From Paraglomus brasilianum (taxonomy: Eukaryota): DNA of 64,000 bases. Made by a program: the position numbers and the translations under genes. The notes below the pieces were generated by a model that was not told the origin of the DNA, did not search any database, and was given only the letters and a program-made list of their open reading frames with translations. The DNA is taken from assembly GCA_910592345.1 (NCBI GenBank), contig CAJVPI010000002.1:1-64000 (forward strand), written 5' to 3'. Shown here one piece after another: positions 26,301-38,300 of the stretch (positions are counted from its first letter, which is position 1; every line of letters starts with the position of its first letter).

Positions 26301-26950
26301 GAGCTTATAGACGATCACGACCCATTGAAGAAGAAGTGCCTTTTCGTCAAGAAATATTACACGCCGTATTGTGAATTTTCAGAAATATATCCACGCATAT
26401 ATAACAACAGATTAGGATGGAAAATAATGAACCTGAGTTGTAAACTCTGGCGGAGATCGTCCTAGATGTCCTAATACATGAATCGCCATAATCTCTTGTA
26501 CTTTATCCCTGGGGATGAGTGACTTTACAAGTCTATTGTTATCCCGCTCATCTTTTAGCGCATAAGATCAACGTATTAATTAAAGTGAGAGCATATGTCA
26601 ATATAATGTTTTTGTTGGCAAACTTACCCAACTCGCCGTCGAGCACCACATCCATGACTTGCTCCAGCTGCATGTTGTCCAGACCATACCATTCTGCGAG
26701 CTCAATCAATGCAGCAATGTTATCCTTGATATCAGATTTTATTGGTGTTTCTTTAATTTCTGCATCTACGCGAGCCAAGGAAATCAACAGCGCACTTTCT
26801 TTGAGAAAATCTATTTTCTCGTAAATGGTATGGTCAGGTATGGGTTGTCCTTCGGTTGTTTGAGCTGTATGTGAACCATAGTTTAGCAGTCTATTACAAG
26901 GGGGTTTGGTTTCTAGGAATGCTTAACGGCATATAGCTACCTGTATTCAT
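23360..26950 (-). CDS. mis6: Inner kinetochore subunit CENP-I/Mis6/Ctf3, multi-exon
   Basis: Spliced translation gives RLVKSLIPRDKV, ALLLQWVVIVY..LYGVVFHYLEFDTLRPMCCQLLYYMTQRENVKPHRIRKL, DPPLMGLLTVYKGYFPNLV, LVSNIDKLQLPSQLAAVLDNR, KCWDGKLHRKHIFQLLEY and C-terminal YRVRFLDYLLEKGFDGLHDFL. Probable ATG 26950, stop 23360. Not every internal splice site was resolved. Confidence 0.88.
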
Positions 26951-26973
26951 TATCATTATGCTAGTCGATAAAT

Positions 26974-26988
26974 GCGCGAAAACGCGAA
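26974..26988. promoter_or_regulatory. E2F/SCB/MCB-like cell-cycle element upstream of CENP-I
   Basis: GCGCGAAAACGCGAA; its reverse complement contains TTTCGCGC (E2F consensus TTTSSCGC). It lies 24-38 bp from the probable CENP-I ATG. Confidence 0.4.
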
Positions 26989-27835
26989 CTAATACTAATA
27001 TAACCACGGTCGCACGTCGTACAACCCATAATATAACCCATGTATGGTTAGGATCAGAAATTACCCAATATTAATATCAAAGACAAAATAACGAACAGGA
27101 CTTTTCTCTGAAACAGAAACTTTTTACTAAATACTCACGATTGATATTACAGACTGTCGATATTACGGACTAACGCTGGTTCCGAATAGTCCGTTATATC
27201 GACTTCACTGTGTAATAATAATAATAATAAACTGTAATAATAATAATAATAATAACCCTAATAACCTCCATAATATTCGAGCTGTACAACATGTAAAACA
27301 CAACGCGTCCTACACGTGATAATTGAATTAGTCGCAATATTAATATTAATATTATTAATATAGAGCAGTAAACAATTTCGGGTCTGGTGGCATAGATGTG
27401 TTTTGAGGTTCGGGCCGTGATAATAAAATTGCCCGAAAATACAGAAATAACAATAACAATATCAACTAGCGGCAAACTAAAACTGCCGACACTGAGGTAA
27501 AAGAGGGTCTCACAGTTATACCCCACGTTTGAGCGTAATGCTGTAATAGCGATCTTTTCTGAAAAACTACTGATGCGTAAAAGTATAATTTTAAATAGTC
27601 AAATGCATAATTTTACCATTCATTAGTTACTGTCTTGGTTTGGCAGCTCCAGATTCCGAAAATCTAAATACTAAAAACAATGTTGGTGCTAGAACTACAG
27701 CATCTGTCCATCAAATAGAAAGGAGGGAAAATGCGGTATGGATGCGATAAAGTAGAATAGTGATAGAAAATTACTAATATAAACGGCCATTCTTCCAGGT
27801 GGAATAAATTAAGCGGTTCTTTTGAAAGAGCAGTA

Positions 27836-28291
27836 CAGTCAACTGCCGATAATTCGACCCCACGATAATCGACAATTCGATCGTCTTGAGTAAGACCAGA
27901 TTTTTTCATTTCCTTTTATTCGATCGCTTAAATAATCTCTATTACTATTAAGCCAGTGCATATTAATATACTGTAAATAATACTATTACTATAATTACGT
28001 CAAATCATTTCCATTTAATATTAAGGGTTAAAAAATTTCGATTATCCGACCGAGAATGTTTCGTTGAGTGCAAGAGATATGTCAGCGAAAAGCTAAAGAC
28101 CCTCAATTATCTAACTCGGAATTAGCCAAAGAATATCGTGTAGGAAAAACAACCGTACAGAGTATCATAATAAATAAACCTTATGCTAAACGATTAAGAA
28201 ATCGAAGGCCAAAACGGCAAACGCTGGACTGATTGGATATTCGTTAATTCGACCCCTGAACGCAAGCGGTCGAATTATCGGCTGTTGACTG
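27836..28291. mobile_element. Non-autonomous pogo/Tc1-type TIR element (456 bp)
   Basis: TIRs CAGTCAACTGCCGATAATTCGACC...GGTCGAATTATCGGCTGTTGACTG (1 mismatch) with TA at 27834-27835 and 28292-28293. The CAGT terminus is typical of this superfamily. Confidence 0.85.
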
Positions 28292-28339
28292 TACTACCTT
28301 CCCAGGTGGTTTACAAAAAAAATTCCGATGTGCTGAAGA

Positions 28340-31124
28340 AGATATCAATCCATTTAATTCATTCAATTTATGCAGCAGCGGCTAAAGATATGAATGAATG
28401 TCAAAGGGCATGAAACGGAAGCCTTCCCAAGAATCGATAGAGTGATTGCGACATCTGATAGACATATTGAAGATTTTCGCAGTCATGAATGATACTTTCG
28501 GAAACAATGCCACTCATTGAAAGATTCAAAGAAACTGATCGTATAATCGAAGAGGTAGCCACTGCTCGCGATTTATTGGTGACAAATTGGATCAGATGAT
28601 TTGAAGAACGTAATTAATGACCATTCTGACGAACAGGAGGACGCAATTGTTCTCTTATGGAAGTCGAGCAGTTTTTGGCTCCACTCAAATTAATTGACGT
28701 GCGAATCGACTATTAAGAACATACTACTTGCGGGGAGAATTTCTCTTTGTATTGGTTATCAATGCATATGTGTGAAAATATTACCAATAGAGTGAAGTTA
28801 CGAAGGAACATCTACGATGAGGGGGAGTTTGCGGAATTGAGTATGAAGATCGGTGCTCTGTTGAGCTGTCGTGCGAAACAGAAAAGGGTAATAAAACATA
28901 CAACTTGACAGTGTTACAAGATTCGCGAGGCCGGGCCTTACTCATCTTCGGTTGTGAAGCTATTCGAGATAGTCCCGAGTACCGAAAGGATCGAACAGAT
29001 GTTGTGATAATAGAGTTTGTTAATCAAGTAGACTTGATACATCAGATTATTAACTGCAACAAAGTCAATGGAATTGGTATCGAAAATTTCAGGTCAGTAC
29101 TGTTTATCAATATTCCGTGATGTAATGCCGTAAACTTTTATTTAATCACTGTCTATCTTTTTGTACAGGGAAGAAATTGTAAGAGACGCGCAAGAAGAGC
29201 ACTATTATATGGCTGTTTATCCCGGAAGACCCGTTTCGAAGTTTTATAATTATTTCACTCAATACGCGGCAGCGAAAAACGATCTCAGGCAAATTTGCGA
29301 GTCACTGCTACATTTTGTGAATCCTCTGTTACCACCTGGTGGGATTTTGAAGCTAAAGCACCTCACAATCCTTCCAAAAGTTTCTACAGCATGTGCAGCA
29401 TAGACAACAACATTTATAAGCACCTCACAATCCTTCCAAATGTTTCTACAAGAAAGTGCTATGTAGTATTGGAGAAAAACTTTTGATAAGGAGGATGTTT
29501 CCGACAGAAAGATTGAACCTGATAGAATAGATCAATCGTTTCTAACATTGTACGAACTGGGAAGCTGTATCGGGTTCCGAACATTATTATTTCGTAACCA
29601 TGGCTCATAAGGGTCAAACGAGCTGGCATGCACTTGCACTTTAATGTCGACAATGCCAAAAGTCAGCAAGTTTATTTTTCCCTGATCAAGATTGCATCAA
29701 TTGTGGATCAATGTCTGCTCGCGTCATGCCAATTGTTAAATGTTTACCACGAAAGCATCTTACATGGAACATTAACATTTATGTCTCAAACGAAGTTCAT
29801 AGTCAAACTCGCTATTTGGACGTATACACAAACAAGTATCTGATGATGACGATATTTCCGATGGAACTGTAGCCAAAGCTGTTACCATAGCACGTCATAC
29901 AGTCCTTTTTGAAGACAATTGTCTGATGACGTTTATCCTCAAGCTCTTTCTTCCGTGTTGAAACCTCAAGCTGTTGATGCGAAATTCCAATATATGATCA
30001 ACGCTAGAGGCCTATTACGTATGAAAAGATTTTGCGACGTGCCCGGTTGATTGTATAGCCGCACAGCTAGCATCACCGACTCGTTTTCTTATCACAAACA
30101 TTAGACAATGTCAGACGTCTTTTGTGGAACCGGGCCGCGCATGTCTAGAAACAATTATGCTAGAGAACTATCATGAGATAACAACCCAAATGCTGCAAGA
30201 ACATTCCCCGCACGTCCGTGGAGAGATAAAAATTCACTTATCCTTATAAAAATGGCACTAATATTAGTGCGAACATCCTGGTATGTGGCAAGGTAATTTT
30301 TTTACTAGTTTGAGATCAATGCTTATATCTCCGGCAACTGTGCTAATCCATCTCTTGCTTTTGGCAGACGAATTTGTCCGAGATTGTTGGTCAAATACTG
30401 TAATCTCTCACTACATACCGGTATTGTTGAGAGCCAGATTCTTACGTTCATGAGTGTAGGGAAATAAACTTGCCGAAAAAGGAGAAGCGCGGTCATTCTT
30501 GGATGAAATTCACACTTGCAATCACATTGGGCTTTTGGCGGATCTCATAGCTCACGGAGTGTTTTAGGAAACTAATAAATTCGAACATTCGTCTGTTGCC
30601 CTTATCGACTGCGTGTAGGCGGAACGACGAGTCTACGGGAGCAAATCAACTAGTTCATGATCAAATTCTTAATTATGTCTAAGATTTCGGTGTACTCAAG
30701 CCCGAAGATGAACAGGTGATTGTAAAGTACATATTAATCTCATAATAGAGTTACTAGCTAATAGTTCCGTTCTACTATCTAGGCATATCTGTCGAGAGCC
30801 AAATAAGTAAGATGGCGTTATCAGTGATTTGCTTGTTGAATCGCAAAAGTACATACATAATCAATTATCTGGATTGTCTCAATTTCTACCGCTCCGTACT
30901 ATACTTCCTCACTGGATATGGCAATCTACATAGCACCCGTCGACTCAGTTCATGCTCGGATTTTAAACTATTTACGCCCCAGGATAGAAAGGCTGACTTC
31001 CATTCGAAAAGTGGAGGGAATTATTGTGTGGGATAAGAGCAGCGGTGGAAGAACTGAAGTTGTGTGGATAATTGCGAATTTCGCTTTATTGTTATCTAAG
31101 ATTCAATCTTTGACCAGTAGTTGA
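28340..31124 (+). pseudogene. Unidentified decayed multi-exon gene
   Basis: Chain of short coding-like ORFs (28905-29120, 29161-29403, 30918-31124) with intron-like AT-rich gaps, frequent stops and frame changes, and a 61-bp-period duplication at 29357-29449. Confidence 0.3.
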
Positions 31125-31269
31125 TACGCGAACAAAGATGTAATACGCAGAGTAAACATTGAGCATTACACAATGTCCAAAATACTCTCATTCTAACTTT
31201 ACTGTCCATAATGCCTGAAATAAATCGGTTTGACATAAAATTCCATTTCTAAATTGTCGTCGTTATCAA

Positions 31270-31975
31270 ACGTCCTCGCGATGCATAAGAAAGAGAAAGA
31301 CCATAATTCTTTCCACTCTTCCTCAAGTAATGCCTATTCGAACCTTTATATTGTGCTTTATTGAGTGTCTACTGTCTAGTTTCTTTCAAATCGTTTAAGC
31401 GCTGTTCTTGGATCAATAAGCGTGACAAATCTCCTTGTCATCCGTCACAAAGTCTTGTAATGTCTCACCAACTCCAAATATCCGCTGCGCTCAAAGGCAT
31501 TTTCCATAACTGTTCAAAGATAAACTTTGCTACAACCGTCACTGCCCGAGGACTGCCCAGAAATCCAGCTTATGCCATTCAACTTCCCTTTCGACAATCA
31601 TCATGGAAAAAGTTCCTCGATCTCTGTTCTCCTAATGGCGTAAAGTATAATTTCATCTGATATTTGGCGAGTGGTCCGACAGCCTGTACCCGAATTGAGA
31701 CTGTGTACATGAGACAACGTATCTGTACATGGAAGGACTTTCGTTGAATGCCATTTTTATAGAGGTCGTCTGGAGGGCTGTTAGTAGTTGTGATCAAGAC
31801 AACACCAACACCACGGTCGAAAAGCTTTGAGCAAACGACAGAGGATTGTTACGCCAGTGACTTGAAACTCATCCAGGTAGAGAACTATCGTTTCGTTTGC
31901 TAATCGAGCGCAATTGATGGTCGTGGATCGTATGGCGACATCCGACATAAAAGTGGAAATACGTGAGGTTACCGG
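31270..31975 (-). pseudogene. AFG1: AFG1/LACE1-like mitochondrial ATPase pseudogene fragment
   Basis: Family motifs in the correct order across shifting frames: RIxTFMSDVA, IVLYLDEFQVT (Walker B), GVVLITTTNSPPDDLYKNGIQRKSF, VAKFIFEQLWKMPLSAAD, RRFVTLID. Stops and frameshifts between them. Confidence 0.8.
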
Positions 31976-32229
31976 TTCGGCTCGAATTCTGTGTTATTCA
32001 ACATAGCGGGGATCTGACCGCTTTTTTTTTTTTTTTCGTTCGGAAGCGTTTTATGAAATAGATTCATTAACATTGTTCAAGATTCGAGTCCCCTGTAGTC
32101 GTTTACAGATACCCCTAGCGCTGAGCCAATGATTGTATTGGATATATATGATACTTGAGTATACCACGAGTAATGAGATTGTATTAGCAATATCGCAGAT
32201 AAACTTTAAATAGAATGTTCCCTAACTCA

Positions 32230-33170
32230 CTGCCGATTCTGCAGGATTCAGCTATTCTTTTTAAGATGTTCGTCGGATAATTGATTTTCTCCTCTCAATA
32301 GTTCAGGACTCTTTCCGATGGAATATTACCCGCGGTTAAAACAGCATCTGCCTTGCTCTTCTTCACCAAAGTCAATTGAATACCGAGATATTGATTAACG
32401 TGGAATTTCTGTGATCTCACACTTTTCCATTTATGTTGACACGTTTTCGTCAGATAGTCACGTTTTACCTAAAATATCAAATTGATCGAATAAACTAATT
32501 GTCGAAAACATTACTATTACGTGCAAGCACTCGGAGTTAATAACCTACTTACTTGAAATTGCACATGGAAGAACACATTAACATGCTTGCATGCATTTGA
32601 ATGTCAAAATTTGACATTAACTAATCAGTCGTTACATGAATGGACATAAATCTATTAAGGAAATAGGTTATATTATTAGATGCACAAAAATGTGGACACG
32701 TTTCTTAATATTAAAAATATAAATTCAATATAATCTTACAGTTCCACGCATTCCGACAACCTCTCTCCTCCAAAGTATCCAATTCCAACAGCAATAACTG
32801 CTATCTTTCCACTTGCAATGGACTCGTCTGTGGACCGACACGTTTGACACAAAGACCTCAAGTCGACTTTTTGATAGAAAAGTAGATAGAAAGGTGGATA
32901 GAAAGGTAATAGTAATCTAATCAATACTTTCCCACATGTCACGAATTTGGAAATCATCTGCAATAAAAATGAAAGTCAAAATTCACACGCTTAATAACTC
33001 TCCCAACTCTCCAACAGTCGGTCTTCATTGCCCGAATGCTTTGGCATTCTGTCATTGCAGTAGTCGATAGCATAAGCCTCACCACCACGAGGGTTGTTCG
33101 GTTATTGCCAATAACAGACAATTTCTTGGGCTTATGCTGTCGGTAAAAAGTATGTTGGTCGGCATTACAA
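32230..33170 (-). pseudogene. Unidentified spliced gene relic, head-to-head with HEI10
   Basis: Exon-like pieces (RGGEAYAIDYCNDRMPKHSGNEDRLLE; IASGKIAVIAVGIGYFGGERLSECVE; LTLVKKSKADAVLTAGNIP) bounded by plausible splice sites, but not joinable into one open frame. Confidence 0.25.
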
Positions 33171-33284
33171 GGGTAGTGTTGCCCAAGTTTAAAGCCGACT
33201 TTACGAATATTATGAGGTGAGGAATATATATACTCTCTCCTCTCTCTTCTCGTGTTGCTTTATTTTATCTCACCTTATTTTATT

Positions 33285-34870
33285 ATGGAAGCCGAATGTC
33301 GTGCAATGTAGAAAGCTGCTCAATGCCGAAGGCTGGGCTTGTGTTACTACATGTTCACGTACGTGTTAATAGAATAAGTAAACAGAATAACAAGTAGCAA
33401 ACGCATAAAACTAAAACGTATCTGTATCAACTGTTTAGACATTTTCTGTGGTAAATACATCATATCGAATCGATACGGTTATATTTTGATCAAATATTGA
33501 CGCGTTATTTCTAGTTAATTGTGCAAACAGCGCATTTACTTCGGCGTTGGTATGCCCTGCTTGCGAGACTACTCTAACAGAAAAGTAGGTTAATAGCAAT
33601 TATTCTTGAAATTGCATTATTTGTCTGTAACTAATTTAATATAACAATTCCAGTGACGATATAGTCTTCATCGAACTTAATCCTAGCGAAGACTATAAAT
33701 TAGTACGTATAACGCAATGTTCACAAAAAGTATTAGTGATATACTGCAGCATAATCTCAACGCACGAATTGTTCCATTAGTCTGTCTTATCAGGTCTTCG
33801 TCCGGATATAATAATGGAAATCGCCACACGAGCGCTCTCTTTCTGGACATATCAGACTACTCAAGAAGCATGTTTCCAAGAGATGATGTACAGAGATTTA
33901 CAGGAAAGCTGTCAGGTAAGAGAATAAATAGGCGGGTGTTTTGTATATATTAGTCCGTATATTGATGTTATAATTGCCATTTCGATTACGCACAAAGCTT
34001 TAGAAAAGGAGTTGGAGTTGGAAAAACGAAAAAATGTTGAAATCTCCGACCAGCTCCAAGAAAAGGGTCGACAGTTTACAAAATTACAGGCAAGTTTGAA
34101 TGCAAAGATTTTTTATTATGCGACATGCTTATAACGGATACTGTGTTATTCTTTATCCACAATTACTTATACCATATTGTGTTATTCTTTATCCACAATT
34201 GCAGTCAATGCACGGCCAGCTAAAACGTAGAGCATTGGTGCCTACGATGACCAGAAATGCATTGACCGGAAACGGAAGACCAGGAGCGATAAATGAGGTA
34301 AAACATCTTCCAATAAATTGCTATTAATTAATTATGAAGACAATCTATTTATTATTTTATCGATGACTCTGTACACAGCAATCGCTAGCACAACGGCAAT
34401 CACGACGGCAACCACAACGCGCAAACGTCCTGGATCCGCGCGTTCCGTGAACCAACCACATAGTTGGAATGCATATTCAGGTATAGTTACGTCGCGCTCA
34501 TGCAGCAATATCGTTTGCTTCGCTTCATAACCCTAACCTTGCTCTAAAATATTAGATACAACATTTGCGTTCCAAAATAACGGTCAGCCCGTTAAGCGTG
34601 TACATGGGTATTACCCAGTACGAAACAACGGCCAAACTTCAAAGGGTAAGCAAGCAAATCAAAATTATCGATATAATGCTGGCACGAGATTAAAATTTAT
34701 TTTGATGTGTAGTTGTGCCTAACAGGCGGCCATTCTCTGGACCGCCTAACGCTGGCATGCGGCTTATGCCGCCGACAACTGATAGCCGCGTATCTGACGA
34801 CTGTTTGGTTTCTGGATCGCCCGTTTTTTCTTACAATGTACCACGCATTAAGCGCGGACTTTTATTGTAA
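33285..34870 (+). pseudogene. HEI10: HEI10/CCNB1IP1 meiotic RING E3 ligase, apparently frameshifted
   Basis: Spliced exons give QCRKLLNAEGWACVTTCSHIFCVNCANSAFTSALVCPACETTLTE-DDIVFIELNPSEDYK-SVLSGLRPDIIMEIATRALSFWTYQTTQE and a coiled coil LEKELELEKRKN. The ATG at 33285 is out of frame with the RING and the first Cys is absent. Identity is high confidence; pseudogene status is moderate. Confidence 0.8.
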
Positions 34871-35306
34871 TAAAGTCAGTATTCCCCCTTTTATACACTA
34901 GCTAGTCTTCCAGAAAAGCACGCCACACAGCACTTGGCGAACAAGCAAATAAATGCTTTCGCTCACCTATTCATTATCGAGTTTCGTGGCATTCCACAAT
35001 TCGTTTCATTTCCAACTTTTATTTGTCGCAACCAATAAATTTATTACACAAATGATATAATAATGCAAAAATTATTGCACCGCTAACTCACATCCAAGAC
35101 TTTAGGAGTGCGAAGTGTGTATCGATGTGAGAGTGAAGACTTTTTTTTTGTTATGTAAGAGCCAGTTAATGAGACTTGATTAAACAAGGGAGGGTATTGA
35201 AAATATTAAAATTGATCAGATAAAAAGAATGACATGGTTATAAAAGCAATCTAGCAATGAACCTTTAATTATTCTGTCTTTCCCATATCTCTATAATATA
35301 TTTTTT

Positions 35307-38300
35307 CTAACGCGTTCGACTTTTTTTAGCACTCTCATTCTCACTTTTCCCGCATACATTGGTATCCCTTCCGCTTACCTCATCATCAATCCTGCGCTTA
35401 CTCTGACTTGCAGAGTCAAGTGTGATTGCATTGTTGGCCTCGTTGCTTAAATTGTCATTATTAGCGCTGTCGTTGCCCTCGATCCCGACCTGGCCCCAGG
35501 TTTCTTCCGCATAACTGTTAACCTCAACCGAATGGGTAGCCTCACCGTCTTTCGTTGGGAACGGAAGCCTATCTGCCGGCGGTGGCCATGCCATATTGTC
35601 TAAATTCGACAATAATGATTTGATAGAACAAGATGAGGCTGCAGAGTACGGACGCTCTTGCTCGGACTTGGTGCTTGAAATAGTTGATGTTGCTATAAAA
35701 AAGGAAAAAGATCACGCAAAGAGTCATGACAAGAGGGTGAGTGGAAAGAAGTAAGGCAAAAGAATGAAAGCATCTATTGATATTCGACTTACATTCATCG
35801 AGCTCTTTGTCACTACCTTCCCCATTTTCTTCATTCTCTTTTTGGTCTATGTCTTCCCCATTTTCTTCATTCTCTTTTTGATCTATGTCTTCCCAAACGA
35901 TATCCCTGATCCATTCTCCCCACGAAATGATCGTAATGTCTCCCATCTCTGCCGTCACCCCACTTTCTTGCGCTTTTTTCGCCCTCTTCTTGCCTTCCAT
36001 AAACTCTTGAAAGAACTTCAACTCTCTTACTTTGATTTCTTTTAACCTCTCACATTTTTTATCGTGTCTTACGGTTAGCCAACAATTTGAATCGTCTACC
36101 CAGTTGACGAAAATTGGTGCGAAATCTTCAAAGATTGTCGTAAGGGTGGACTGATAGCAGTTCTGAGGGATATTGGAAAGAAGGAATGCGTTTGCTTTTG
36201 GCGATGGACCTGTGAAAGTGGATGTCACAGAGAAATAGTACAAAAGGTAAGAATGATAAAGTTAATTCACCGAGTGATTTCGTTCGTGGATGTAAAGAAA
36301 CGAAACAAGAAATTGAAGGTGATAAATCGTTCTGTTTAAACAACGTCAAATATACTTACATCCATCTTCTCCAGTCAGATTAAGGTATTTGAAATCCGAT
36401 CGCATCAAATGTAATTTATTATAGTATCCAATGACTTTTGGAGAAGTCCACATTAAATCTATAAACTTTTTCTCTTCGGAATCCATATTATTTTCATCCT
36501 GTTCCTCGACAGGTTCATCATCTACTTTCTTCTTTACTGAAATGTCGCCTTCAGGAACATCATCCAGGAAAGAGTATGCGTTTCTCTTCCCTTCCTCTGC
36601 GATTGCAATGGAGGGAGGTTCGGCTTAGATGATCTATATCATGTTCGTCAAATGTACACGAGCAAACTAAGACTTACCGTTTTCATGAAGCATGAAAGCA
36701 ACCAAGCGAGCAAATATAAATCCGGTTACATAAGCGTCATATCCCGCCTCATGATACAAAGAGGCATCGTTAAGTTTGTATTTAGTAAAGGTCGGGTCGA
36801 TTACTAGGACGATCAATGTGTATTAGCGACATTTGGACGTGAAATGTGCCGGACTTCGGTTTGTTGAAAAAGAATATACTCGACAAATAAAAGAATTTTT
36901 ACCAATTTTCGGCCCCAAATCAGTGAAAGGACGTCTTTGGACCATTCCGAGAGTATCTTGAACGCCGGTTTTAATAAGATGAGCCTTATTTATTTTGGAG
37001 CAACGTCAATTAAACGGGTGATATAGAATCCAAAGCTGGGGCATAATCCATAAAAATAGAAGCACAATAAATAATAACAGCACTAACCTGAAGCTTTGAG
37101 TGCGAAAACGCCAAGTGTTTGGTGTCAACAATACTATAAATAATTACATCAATATTACAATCAGTACACACTGATTCAGCCATCAAATGATACCAAGTAC
37201 GAGCCATCTTTACAAATAAGTCTTACGTTTCGAAAAGTTTATGAGCTAGCGCTTTAAACTGTCGCACTTTTTCCGGGACTTCTTCGTAGAATTGGTGAAT
37301 TGTTTGACAAAAATCCAAAAAACAATTATGGCCTATTATAGGTTTCTTCGCTTCAATCAACATTTCTATGACATCGCGAAAATTGACGTTAATGTCAGAG
37401 CGCTTTGTTGTATTTCACAGATGAGGGGAATGGAGAAAACGCGCGAGTGAGTATTTAAACAAAAAGTAGCCAATAATCACAAACGATTTTTCTTTGCATA
37501 CTATCGCATCATCCTCTTTGAACCGCCGCTCGCGTTGTTCTTCAGTTAATCGCATGAACACGATTGACCTTGGTCTACTATCACCGTCTATGAATCCATT
37601 GAACCTAAAACATCAAACACATTAATCCACGTACGCATTCTCATATGAGCACCATCCAATATAATCAAAAGGTTGATAGTTCATTCCATTGATAAACACT
37701 CACCTCGCCCTAACTTGCTGAAAAATGAACCGCTTGTGCCTAACAGTGGGCGCTTCTATAATAAGCTGATTGTTGACTGGGTTTTGTAACCATGCTTCGA
37801 TTGACTTTCTATTAAGATTTTCGTCGTGTTAACGATGTGTTGCTAAAGAATCTAATTTGCAAAAACGTAAATAGCCGAAAGCCTACATAGCCTTCTCGGC
37901 CGCTTCCACAACATCAGCCTCGGGCGGATTTTCTGTGAATATGATTTGAGTGTAAGCTACGATTTGCGTTGTCATCACGGGAAAGAGTATGCAAACGTAG
38001 AGATTGTTACCTAGCTGCCGTTGTGCAGTGTGAGCTCTTCTTTGCAATAAAATTTCTTCATCGGATTTGTTCATAAAAGGTATTCCTACGACGCAAAAGC
38101 AATTAGTCTGATTCAACAATACCGTAATACATCTATTATTCAACTCCACCACCCTCGACACCAAACCACCTTTCTCTCGCACGCGAACACCTTCCCTTTT
38201 ACCATAACACACCATTAGCTATTAGTTTGTTAAAATCAAAATTGTTGTTTGACAAAAAGTGCAAGCTAGATCCACTGCACATGAAAACTACATCGTCCGT

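Noticed and set aside
32022..32036. T15 run as poly(A) tail of the AFG1 retrocopy
   Set aside because: On the minus strand it lies 5' of the AFG1 relic, the wrong side for its tail.
32240..32400. L7Ae/RPL30-like peptide (LTLVKKSKADAVLTAGNIP)
   Set aside because: Resemblance is too short and weak, and contains stops.
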